Program-made: the position numbers and the translations under genes | The notes under the pieces: generated by a model | What the model saw: the letters and a program-made list of their open reading frames with translations, nothing else | Told to the model about the DNA's origin: nothing | The model's database searches: none | NCBI GenBank assembly: GCA_002733865.1 | Contig: NVXM01000010.1 | Location: forward strand, 49,953-113,952 | Direction: 5' to 3' | Origin: Sphingopyxis sp. | Lineage (GTDB): Bacteria > Pseudomonadota > Alphaproteobacteria > Sphingomonadales > Sphingomonadaceae | Length of the DNA: 64,000 nt | Shown: in pieces, positions 44,304 to 53,389 of the stretch | Numbering within the stretch: the stretch's first letter is position 1 | Layout: every line of letters starts with the position of its first letter

Positions 44304-44342
44304 GGCCTTCCGGGGCCCAATGACGCAGCTGGTTTGACCGGT
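44304..44342 (+). repeat. 39-bp imperfect direct repeat, right copy
   Basis: ggccttccggggcccaatgacgcagctggtttgaccggt. Confidence 0.8.
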
Positions 44343-44524
44343 GACCGACGGACACATGCCGTGGTCGGATCACCACCATAGTCCGATGAGGCTCGGTTCA
44401 GACGGCGGGTATGGCCCGCCAGCAATAATTTCGCTTGAGGAGAGATTTTTTCAACGGTCAATTGACCGGCGGATATGGCTGTGCCGATCCGCTGTTCAGC
44501 AGATGAGGATATGCTTTCGTCTCA

Positions 44525-45619
44525 ATGCTAGAAATCGATAATATTTTCTCGTTTCTCAACGGATTGCCTCCATCCGTTTGCATTGCCCTGCTGCTCGCCA
44601 CCGCTTTTGCCATTCTCTGGTCGCTCCGATATCTGATCCTGGTTTCCGCATCGCAAGTGATGAAAGGCGGCCGGCCGGGCAAAAACACCATCATGGTCGA
44701 AGCGCTGCGACTGCCACTGACGATGGTGGTGGTCGCGCTGCTGCTGGTATTGCTGCAGCATGCGTGGGATCATTTTGGTATGGGCGGGGAGCGGCTGGAG
44801 TCGATCAGCGCGATCACCGCGCAATTGCTGCTGACTCTGGCGCTGGTCGTCTTTCTCGACCGGCTTTCGATCGGATCGCTGGATCGCTATTCCGACAAAT
44901 CCATTCTTCTGAAAAACAGCAACAGCCTGATCAAGGGCTCGATCCGCATCGCCATTCTGGGCATCGGTGTACTGGTCATGCTCGGGACGCTTGGCATCTC
45001 GGTCACGCCGATCATCGCCTCGCTGGGGATCGCCTCGCTTGCGGTCGCGCTGGCTCTGCAACCGACGCTGGAGAATTTCTTCTCCGGCGTGCAGCTGATC
45101 GCCGACAAGCCAATCCGGGTCGGCGATTTCATCGAGCTGGAATCCGGCGAGCAGGGCTTTGTCGAGAAAATCGGCTGGCGCTCGACTTGGATCAAGATGC
45201 TGCCGAACAATATCATCATCATGCCGAATAGCGTCCTCGCCCAGTCGAAGCTGATCAACTATTATTACCCGGCGAAAGAGCTGTCTGTCCCGGTCGAGGT
45301 CGGCGTCCATTATGACTCGGATCTGGAATTTGTCGAGCAGATCACTCTCGAGGTTGCCCGTCACATTCTGAAGACCCACAAATGGGGCGTGCCCGATTAC
45401 GAGACGTTTGTCGTCTATCACACGTTCGACCAGTCCAGCATCAACTTCACAGTGATGCTGCGCGCCCAGGAATATTTCAACCGCTTCTTCATTAAGTCGG
45501 AATTCATCAAGGCGCTGCACGCCCGCTACCGGCAGGAAGGCATCGTCATCCCCTATCCAATCCGCGCCCTCAACACGCAGCAGGAATCGCCCAACTTCCT
45601 GGTCCGCCAGGACGACTAG
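44525..45619 (+). CDS. MscS family mechanosensitive channel
   Basis: LALQPTLENFFSG, PIRVGDFI, IGWRST, IPYP. Confidence 0.93.
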   Translation: MLEIDNIFSFLNGLPPSVCIALLLATAFAILWSLRYLILVSASQVMKGGRPGKNTIMVEALRLPLTMVVVALLLVLLQHAWDHFGMGGERLESISAITAQLLLTLALVVFLDRLSIGSLDRYSDKSILLKNSNSLIKGSIRIAILGIGVLVMLGTLGISVTPIIASLGIASLAVALALQPTLENFFSGVQLIADKPIRVGDFIELESGEQGFVEKIGWRSTWIKMLPNNIIIMPNSVLAQSKLINYYYPAKELSVPVEVGVHYDSDLEFVEQITLEVARHILKTHKWGVPDYETFVVYHTFDQSSINFTVMLRAQEYFNRFFIKSEFIKALHARYRQEGIVIPYPIRALNTQQESPNFLVRQDD

Positions 45620-45968
45620 CCGCGCAGGAAGCGAACGGCCCCCACACGCCGCACGAATTCCAGAGTTTCCGGGTCCCCCATCGCAACGACCGTCGCCATG
45701 GGCCGCCCGGCACGAACAGCACATCAATGTCATCGGGTATGTCCGCAAAGCTTTGCGTCGCCGCGATCGGCACACCGACATCGGTGTCGACCGGCTGCTT
45801 GTTCTTGCCCACCAGCATGATGTTGGTCCGTGCAATCTTGAACATTGTCATCGGGTTTATCAGGTCCAGCGCCACCATCCGCGGGAAGACCAGCATGGCG
45901 ATCTTGGGCGCATCTTCCAGGATTAGCGGCTTCGCAAGAAAGAGATGCTCTCCAATCAGGGCGCGCAT
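45616..45968 (-). pseudogene. DJ-1/PfpI (isonitrile hydratase-like) fragment
   Basis: IAMLVFP..ALDL..P...DVLFVPGG, then a frameshift; ends before the catalytic Cys region. Confidence 0.7.
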
Positions 45969-46053
45969 AGGCCAGTGATGGATCGGTCAGCAGCAAAATT
46001 GCAGCAGCGGAACGCCGGCCGCGCACCGGCAAAGCAATGCAGCGACGGATCGC

Positions 46054-46395
46054 TCATCGCGGCTTCTTTGCAATGGTGGCGTTGAAATCGGGGTCCTTCT
46101 TCGCCACCCAGTCGACAAATTTGCGCACCGCCGGATCGGCGAGCAGCCCCTCGACATCCATCCCGTGGCGCTGCAGCTCACTGTTGCTGAACTGCGTGAT
46201 CAACATCTGCTGGCAGATCGGATGCATCGGCACCACGTCGCGCCCTCCGCGGCTTTTCGGGATCGGGTGATGCCAGACGATTGTGGTGCCGGTCGGCCGC
46301 CCGCACAGCCAGCACGCCGGAATCTCCGCCGGAGCCTCGTCTTCTTCTGGCTGCAAATCCTGGTAGCCACCATGTTTCGAATGTTTGCGGGCCAT
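46054..46395 (-). CDS. Small HNH-like endonuclease-domain protein
   Basis: CWLCGR...WHHPIPKSRGG...HPIC. Confidence 0.8.
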   Translation of the reverse strand: MARKHSKHGGYQDLQPEEDEAPAEIPACWLCGRPTGTTIVWHHPIPKSRGGRDVVPMHPICQQMLITQFSNSELQRHGMDVEGLLADPAVRKFVDWVAKKDPDFNATIAKKPR

Positions 46396-46652
46396 AGGTT
46401 TAGTGCCTGTTTTGGTGAAGGTGAGGGGAGTGCGTAGAAGCATGGATGCGGGATTGCCAGTCAAAGCTGGCTGGAGCGACATCCTGATGCGCTGCTTCCG
46501 CTCCCGCTGCTCCTGTCGGCCGAAAAGATGACCGGAATCCGCAGTTGACGAAAAGCCGTTAAAGACCAGCAGCACGACGGCCAGCAGCTGGTCCATACCG
46601 AGGCAGGCGGCGGCAAATGGAACTATTTGATCGGTCACAAGTTGACTTATTG

Positions 46653-47471
46653 ATGACGCCAAATATCCTACTCGACGATCCGGAAAACGGACCGCCTTGG
46701 AACCAGATATGCGGTGGCGGTCAAATTCTGGTCACCTCGATTCATGCCGGTCATAACATCCGAATGGAATTGCAGCCGTGGCTCGCGATCGGGGAAAAAG
46801 ATTGTCTTCGCGAAGAAGATCCGATGACCGATTATTTTCTGACCGTTGCCGACAATCTGATCCGCGCAAACCGCTCTCGGTTTGAATGCGATTTGAACCG
46901 GCCACGGGAGCGCTGCATTTCCGCCAATCCGGATGACACTTGGGGCCTGAAGATATGGGCCGATGATCTGCCAGAGGAGCAGATGGAAAACTCGCGGCTA
47001 ATTCATGATGCGTTTTACGACATGGCGCGGAAGCAATGTGATCAGCTGATCGGCAAACATGGCCGCATTCTGATCCTCGATTTGCACAGCTATAACCATC
47101 GCCGAAACGGGCCTGACGGGGAGGGCGAACCACGGCCTGAGAATCCCGATATTGATATCGGTGCCACAACCCTCGACAAATCGGTCTATGGCGAGCTTGT
47201 GGAGCGGATGACGAAAAAGCTGCGCAGCGTTCCCTTGCTGGGAGAAACGCCCGATGTCCGAGAAAACAAGCGTTTTCCGGATGGCGGCAATTTCCCCGAA
47301 TGGCTCGCTGATATCTATGGTGAAAAAGCCGGCGTCATGACACTGGAATATAAGAAAATATTCATGGATGAGTGGGGCGACACGGCGAATATTCTGGCTT
47401 TGCAGCATCTACGTGCCGGGTTGACGGCCGCAGTTCAGGAAGCCGACACATGGCTGAAGGAGACACGATGA
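46653..47471 (+). CDS. N-formylglutamate amidohydrolase family protein
   Basis: IHAGH, REEDPMTD, SRFECDLNR, DLHSYNH. Confidence 0.88.
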   Translation: MTPNILLDDPENGPPWNQICGGGQILVTSIHAGHNIRMELQPWLAIGEKDCLREEDPMTDYFLTVADNLIRANRSRFECDLNRPRERCISANPDDTWGLKIWADDLPEEQMENSRLIHDAFYDMARKQCDQLIGKHGRILILDLHSYNHRRNGPDGEGEPRPENPDIDIGATTLDKSVYGELVERMTKKLRSVPLLGETPDVRENKRFPDGGNFPEWLADIYGEKAGVMTLEYKKIFMDEWGDTANILALQHLRAGLTAAVQEADTWLKETR

Positions 47472-48676
47472 CCGCGCAGGTTCAACATAAAGATAATTCG
47501 TCTGGCTTTGCAATGTCCGGCCCTGCCGAAGCGATTGATCAGACGCTGGCCGAGCTGGACGCGGAACTGGACTGGCTCACGCGGCTGACGCCGAGCAACA
47601 TGGGCACTCTCTGGGATGCCTTTTGCGAGAGCAATTACAAAGCCATGCCCGCACTGGAATATCAGGACGTGGATATCGACCTGGAAGCATTGCGCCGGAA
47701 ATTACTGGGATTGCCGGTGCACGATATCGATGATCCGTTGATCGAAACATTGCTGATCGAGAAGCAGCGCGAAATTGACCGTCAGATAGAATTGGTCCGC
47801 ATGCGCGCGCGCGACGGCATCATCATCGCCAGCATCGACCTGTTTGGCGCGGTTGACAGCACGCTGCTGGATGATGCGCTCCGGATACTCGAACAGGTTC
47901 CGCAAATCGAAACCGCACCCAGAGACAGCAGCGCAGAGGATTTTGTCAAAGCTGCCGCGCTCGAAATGGAATATTATAACGGGCAGGACCCCGATTTCGG
48001 GTTTGAAGTAAAGGTTAACCCGAACAGCGGTGGTACGCTGTTTACCTCCAGCGGCGATCTATATGTCGCGCATGATTACCGCACGGCGAAAGCGCGGATT
48101 GATCCGCTCATCCAGCATGAAATTGGTACGCACTCCGTCACATGGCACAATGGCAAGCGCCAGCCGCTGCATGTTTTGCGGTGCGGTCTGCCCGACTATG
48201 ATGCCCTGCAGGAGGGGCTGGCGGTGATGGGCGAATATCTGTCCGGCTATCTGCCGCCCGAACGATTGAGAATGTTGGCTGCGCGGGTTGTCGCAGCCGA
48301 CATGGCGGTCAATGAAGTGCCGGTCGTGCAGATTTTTGCGCGCCTTCATGACGAATTTGGCTTCGACAAATTTCGCTCCTTCGACACCGCCATCCGCGCG
48401 GTTCGCGGCGGCGGGCTGACCAAGGATGCCTTATATCTGAAAGGTCTGGTCGAGCTGCTGGCCTATCTCCACCATGGCGGCGACTTCGAAACGCTGTTTA
48501 TCGGCAAATTTGCCCTCAAGCAGCTGCCGATATTGGAAAAACTGCTGGAGCGCGGCATGCTCGTCCCGCCCGCACTGCTGCCTCGCTATATCAGCAAGCC
48601 GCGCGCTGTCCAGCGGCTGGAGAACGTGCGCAATATGGATATCACTGCCCTCTACCAGGAGCACCCCGCGCCATGA
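47468..48676 (+). CDS. QEGLA-motif (DUF1704/MATCAP-like) metallopeptidase
   Basis: HEIGTH (HExxxH), LQEGLAV, GGLTKDALYLKG. Confidence 0.88.
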   Translation: MTAQVQHKDNSSGFAMSGPAEAIDQTLAELDAELDWLTRLTPSNMGTLWDAFCESNYKAMPALEYQDVDIDLEALRRKLLGLPVHDIDDPLIETLLIEKQREIDRQIELVRMRARDGIIIASIDLFGAVDSTLLDDALRILEQVPQIETAPRDSSAEDFVKAAALEMEYYNGQDPDFGFEVKVNPNSGGTLFTSSGDLYVAHDYRTAKARIDPLIQHEIGTHSVTWHNGKRQPLHVLRCGLPDYDALQEGLAVMGEYLSGYLPPERLRMLAARVVAADMAVNEVPVVQIFARLHDEFGFDKFRSFDTAIRAVRGGGLTKDALYLKGLVELLAYLHHGGDFETLFIGKFALKQLPILEKLLERGMLVPPALLPRYISKPRAVQRLENVRNMDITALYQEHPAP

Positions 48677-49722
48677 AAATCCTTTTCATCATCAACAATA
48701 TCGCAACCGAAAAAGACCACTACACGACGATCAGGCTGGCGCGAAAAGCCGTGGTCCGCGGCCATGAGGTCGCGTTGATCAGCCTCGGCGATTTCATCTA
48801 TGATTCCGATGGCAGCATCTGCGCAATGGCCACTGTCTCGGAGCAGAAGAAATTCAAATCAGACACCACCTTTCTCGCGCACCTCCAGGATGGCCGGGAA
48901 AAGCAGAGAATTTCGGTCGGCGAATATGACATCATGATGCTGCGCTCCGATCCTGCCGAAGAGTTGACCGACCGCAGCTGGGCCCCGTCTTCCGCCTTGT
49001 TGTTCGCGCAACTGGCCGCAGCCCAGGGGGTGATCATCCTCAACGACCCCAGTCATTTGACCGATGCCGTCAACAAGACCTATTTCCAGCATTTTCCGGA
49101 GGCCTTGCGCCCGACAACCTGCATCACCCGCGAAGAAGACGAAGTGCGGAAATTTGTCGAAGACCAGGGCGGCAAGGCGGTGATCAAGCCGCTTCAGGGC
49201 TCCGGCGGGCAAGGCGTGTTCATCATCGATGACAATAACAAACAGAATCTCAACCAGATCGTCGAAGCCGTGACCCGGGATGGCTATGCGATTGTGCAGG
49301 AATATCTGCCCGCCGCAGCGGATGGCGATGTCCGCATGATAACGATCAACGGAAAGCCGCTGCAGGTCGACGGCATCTATGCCTGTCTCCACCGGTTCAG
49401 CCAGACCGACGATCATCGCTCCAACATATCGGCCGGCGGCGGTTCCAAGATGATTGCGCCGACCGAAGAGATGCTGAAAGTCGCCAGTCTCGCAGCGCCA
49501 AAGCTGATTGCCGACGGCATGTATTTTTGCGGTCTCGATATTGTCGGCAACAAGATGATGGAGATCAATGTCGATACGCCCGGCGGGCTGAATTTTATGG
49601 AAGACGAATGCGGCGTCGATTTCTCCGGCGCGATACTCGACGACATGGAACATAAGGTTCTCCTGCAGAAACAATATGGCGGGAAACTGACCAACCGGCG
49701 CATCGCGATGAGCTACGGCTGA
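48673..49722 (+). CDS. Glutathione-synthetase-like ATP-grasp ligase
   Basis: LRSDP, IKPLQGSGGQGVF, QEYLP..DGDVR, RSNISAGG, GLDIVG, EINVDTPGG. Confidence 0.88.
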   Translation: MKILFIINNIATEKDHYTTIRLARKAVVRGHEVALISLGDFIYDSDGSICAMATVSEQKKFKSDTTFLAHLQDGREKQRISVGEYDIMMLRSDPAEELTDRSWAPSSALLFAQLAAAQGVIILNDPSHLTDAVNKTYFQHFPEALRPTTCITREEDEVRKFVEDQGGKAVIKPLQGSGGQGVFIIDDNNKQNLNQIVEAVTRDGYAIVQEYLPAAADGDVRMITINGKPLQVDGIYACLHRFSQTDDHRSNISAGGGSKMIAPTEEMLKVASLAAPKLIADGMYFCGLDIVGNKMMEINVDTPGGLNFMEDECGVDFSGAILDDMEHKVLLQKQYGGKLTNRRIAMSYG

Positions 49723-50038
49723 AGATCGCCGCCGGGGACGACGGGCGGCATTAGCGACCAGTCGCCGGGTTCAATCTGAAAGCCCGCCGAAGACAGGTCC
49801 GCTCACAGCTGAACTGCGCCTCAGCAGATGATGGTATATGGATAAAAGTGCATAGAATTAGCGAACTATAGTCTTGGTGTAACTGCTAAATTGTCACCGC
49901 AATTCCAGCCGGGTGCGCCGCCCGGATTCTCCCGTTCATGTTCGTTGAGCGTCGTTCGTGTGCGTGTCCGCCGCTAAGTTACAGGGCGCTATCGGTCAAA
50001 ATGGGGGATCTCAGGGCGATTGCGAACAACAGCAGGCG

Positions 50039-50428
50039 CTAGCGGGAACTATCCGTGGCCTGCATCCGTTCTGCCAGCTTTTCCAGAACAAGCGTGGGCT
50101 TGGTCGGCTTTTCGATCACGAGCGCAAATTTCTGCATATTGGCCTTGCGGGCTGCCTTACTGTCACCGGTATAACAAACGCAGGGAATGTCGTTTTCACA
50201 GCAATATTCAGCCAGTTTTACCGAGTTGCGCAGACCCAGATTAAAATCGATTATGGCACAGTCGATGTCGCCGAAACTGGCAATCTTCGTCGCACTGTCG
50301 CGGTCGGTTACCGGCCCGTAGACAATCCCGCCCACTCGCTCGACCGCATCCGCGATGTCCATGCCGATGAAAATGTCATCTTCGACAACGAGAACGCGCT
50401 TGCCTTTATAAACGTCTGTCCGGTCCAT
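50039..50428 (-). CDS. Single-domain response regulator
   Basis: VLVVEDD, AIID, YTG, EKP; start uncertain. Confidence 0.8.
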   Translation of the reverse strand: MDRTDVYKGKRVLVVEDDIFIGMDIADAVERVGGIVYGPVTDRDSATKIASFGDIDCAIIDFNLGLRNSVKLAEYCCENDIPCVCYTGDSKAARKANMQKFALVIEKPTKPTLVLEKLAERMQATDSSR

Positions 50429-50707
50429 CCCCAATATACCCCCGGCATCGACTTCTGTTCCATCAATGATCGGACCCATTTTGCGTGGAGCTTTTGGCGG
50501 TGCATTGCAGGTCCAATCGGCCCGTCCCCCGCGGACCAGTCGACGGAGGCCGCTTCGGTTTGCCAGGGACTTGAATTCGCTGGAGATTTATGCATATTAT
50601 GCTTAGCTAATACATTCATTTACATGAAGTAAACCGAGATTGTGGGTTTCAATAGTTGCATGGCTGACGGGGTGAAAACCGTCTCAAAATAGGGGCCTGT
50701 TCTGAAC

Positions 50708-51721
50708 ATGACGATACGCGATCTCATGGCAGAAGGCGACGCGGAGGCGTTCACTCGCGATCTGCTGGCAAAGATCGGGGAGGCCGCGCCGGACCTGATC
50801 TATGCCAAGGACACCCGGAGCCGCATGATTTTCGCCAACCGCGCGGTTCTGGCCGTTCTCGGCAAGAGCTGGGAAGAAATTCGCGGCAGATCCGATGATG
50901 AATGGCATTCCGACCCGGAAGAGGGGCGGAAATTTGTCGAAGCCGATGCGCGCGTCATGGAAAGCGGTGAACCGGAAAGCCTGGAAGAAACTCTGACAGG
51001 CACCGACGGACCCCAAATCTACCTGTCGACCAAGGCCCCGCTAACTGCGCAGGACGGGACGGTGATCGGCCTGTTCGGCATCAGCATGAACATTACCGAA
51101 CGCAAGAATGCCGAGAAAATGCGCCAGATATTGATCAACGAACTGGATCACAGGCTGAACAACACCCTCGCGCTCGTGCAGTCGATGGCGCGGCAGACGT
51201 TCAGGAATACGGCGATAGACGAAATGGTTTGGGACGCGTTCGAGGGCCGCCTGAAGTCGATGGCAAAGGCGCACAGCTTGCTGGCCAGGCAAAGCTGGGT
51301 CGGAGCCGATATCTCCGACGTGGTCGCCGACGGCCTGATGGCCCATGGCGGTGACAAGGCGGATTGCTTTGCGATCAGCGGTCCGTCCGCCTGGATCGAT
51401 GCCCAGACGGCGCTCTCGCTGGCGATGGTATTTCATGAGCTGGGCACCAATGCGGTGAAATACGGCGCTCTGTCGGTCCCGCAGGGCAAGGTCTCCATCT
51501 CGTGGACGGTCGGCGAGAATGGCGAGGCAAACAAGCTCGGCCTGATCTGGAAAGAAACCGGCGGCCCAAGGGTTTCAGCGCCCACCCATGTCGGCTTCGG
51601 ATCGAAACTGGTGCAGCTCGCCTTTGGTAACGGCGGCACCGATCGAGCGAAAGTCGACTATCAGCCCGAGGGCATCGAGTTCCGCACCCAGCTGGACCTG
51701 ACCGACCGGTTCGCCAAATAG
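50708..51721 (+). CDS. PAS + HWE histidine kinase
   Basis: ELDHRLNN, HELGTNAVKYGALS, WKETGGP, GFGS. Confidence 0.92.
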   Translation: MTIRDLMAEGDAEAFTRDLLAKIGEAAPDLIYAKDTRSRMIFANRAVLAVLGKSWEEIRGRSDDEWHSDPEEGRKFVEADARVMESGEPESLEETLTGTDGPQIYLSTKAPLTAQDGTVIGLFGISMNITERKNAEKMRQILINELDHRLNNTLALVQSMARQTFRNTAIDEMVWDAFEGRLKSMAKAHSLLARQSWVGADISDVVADGLMAHGGDKADCFAISGPSAWIDAQTALSLAMVFHELGTNAVKYGALSVPQGKVSISWTVGENGEANKLGLIWKETGGPRVSAPTHVGFGSKLVQLAFGNGGTDRAKVDYQPEGIEFRTQLDLTDRFAK

Positions 51722-51772
51722 ATCAGGCTGAACGTCCGGCGCTATCTGCAGGAACGGCCCGCCCGCTCCCGC

Positions 51773-52078
51773 TCAGGGGCGGAGGTTCTCGCGATGCTCC
51801 TTGGGATAGTCCTCCGGCTTGACGGTCGAGACATTGGGCCGGTCGCTGACCTTCTCCTGCGGCTGGCCGCCGGGGGTTTCCGCATCGTCATCCCGATCCT
51901 CGACCCGGTCCTTGTCCATCTTCGCCGCATCCTCGGCATCGCCATAGGTGCCGCCGGCCTTGCCCTTGTCCATGCCGTAGGAACTGTCCGGCCGGTGCGG
52001 CGTCCCGGGCGCGCCGCCCGGATTGAGCCGTTCATATTCGTGCCGGTGCTTGTTCTTCTCTTCAATATTGCTGGCCAT
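51773..52078 (-). CDS. Small hydrophilic hypothetical protein
   Basis: GGAGA RBS; charged 101-aa ORF ending VKPEDYP. Confidence 0.7.
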   Translation of the reverse strand: MASNIEEKNKHRHEYERLNPGGAPGTPHRPDSSYGMDKGKAGGTYGDAEDAAKMDKDRVEDRDDDAETPGGQPQEKVSDRPNVSTVKPEDYPKEHRENLRP

Positions 52079-52182
52079 ATCGGTTTCTCCGTTTTCGGGG
52101 CATGTGGGAAATTTACGCTGCGGGCGAGCGAAGGTTCCCGGGGACGACCGGGCTCAGGACAGCAGCGCCCAGGAAGCCGCCT

Positions 52183-52512
52183 CTAGCTGCGGAGATATAT
52201 CCAGGCAGTCCACAGCCATCCCGCGATCAGCATGGTCCCCCCAATCGGCGTTACAGCACCCAGCCATCGCGGCGCGCCGAACGCCATCGCGTATAAGGTC
52301 AGGGCGAAAAAGGCGGAGCCACCCAGAAGCAACAGTGCCGGACCTCTGGCCACGCCCATGATGGCCAGCGCCGCAATGGCATGCGTCAACTGATAAAGGC
52401 CGCCCGTCCGCAACCATTCCGCTTCCTGTTGCCCCGCCGCGGCATGCGCTCCGAAAGCGCCTGCGGCAACCGCCACCGCTGCTGAAATAGCGGCAATAAA
52501 TCCGATCATCAT
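52183..52512 (-). CDS. DUF423 membrane protein
   Basis: GAFGAH, YQLTHA, GAVTPIGG..LIAGW. Confidence 0.9.
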   Translation of the reverse strand: MMIGFIAAISAAVAVAAGAFGAHAAAGQQEAEWLRTGGLYQLTHAIAALAIMGVARGPALLLLGGSAFFALTLYAMAFGAPRWLGAVTPIGGTMLIAGWLWTAWIYLRS

Positions 52513-52672
52513 ATCTGGTCCTTTCGATTCCCGAACACAGGAACCACAAGTTGGTCCAGACGTCACGGGTTAGTTTTGGATTTTCGTGAGGGTCGGAGCG
52601 ATCCCGCCCATGCCTCTTTACGATCCCGATCTGCACCAATAATATGATGACCAACCGCAAGGAGCTTCCCCC

Positions 52673-52921
52673 ATGGCCACTGTCCGCAAAACCATTACCC
52701 TGAGCGAGAGCCAGGCCGCCTGGATAAAATCGCAGATTGCGCGCGGTGAATTTACCAATGACAGCGAATATATCCGCGATCTGGTCAAGCGCGACCAGTC
52801 GCAGCAGGACCGGCTGGCAACGTTGCGGGAGGCGATAGCCGAAGGGCTGGACAGCGGCCCCAGTGACCAGTCACTGGACGACATCTGGACCGCCGCCGAA
52901 GACCGCGCCGCTTATGGTTGA
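52673..52921 (+). CDS. parD: ParD-family RHH antitoxin
   Basis: RKTITL..SEYIRDLVKRD..LREAIAEGLDSG. Confidence 0.88.
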   Translation: MATVRKTITLSESQAAWIKSQIARGEFTNDSEYIRDLVKRDQSQQDRLATLREAIAEGLDSGPSDQSLDDIWTAAEDRAAYG

Positions 52922-53202
52922 ACTGCGCGTGAGCCGGCGCGCCGCATAATCTGGCCGAAATAGTCGATTGCACCATCGCCGAATTAGGAATCGATCAGGC
53001 CCGGCGCTACCGCGACCAGCTTCAGGCCTGTTTCCAGTCCCTGCTCGCCAACCCTCCGCTTGGCCGCAGCGCGGAGGAGATCGCCTCGGGCTTGCGCCGC
53101 ATCCGTCAGCAGCCGCATGTTGTTTTTTACAAGGCTGAGCGGGATGGTCTGCTTATTGTGAAGGTGTTGCATCACACCATGGATTTCGAGCGGTATTTGT
53201 GA
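52914..53202 (+). pseudogene. parE: ParE/RelE toxin, frameshifted
   Basis: MVELRVSRRAA then TAA at 52947; other frame NLAEI..GIDQARRY..NPPLGR..HVVFY..IVKVLHHTMD. Confidence 0.82.
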
Positions 53203-53389
53203 TGGCATCAGGATAGAGAATGCGGTGAGGTTATGAACTATGGGTCGGTGTGTTTGATAAGCTGTCACTATGATTCACTGTGATCCCGTAATCCCGAATC
53301 CTGTAAGTCCATCGATCGTACAACCCTTCTAAATCATCGCTTCCCATTGCGTGGGCCCTAGGCTAGCAATTCCATTGAGGAGTTCAATC

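Noticed and set aside
48673-49722. Naming the ATP-grasp gene gshB
   Set aside because: Longer and divergent, in a peptidase operon context; substrate cannot be assigned from sequence.
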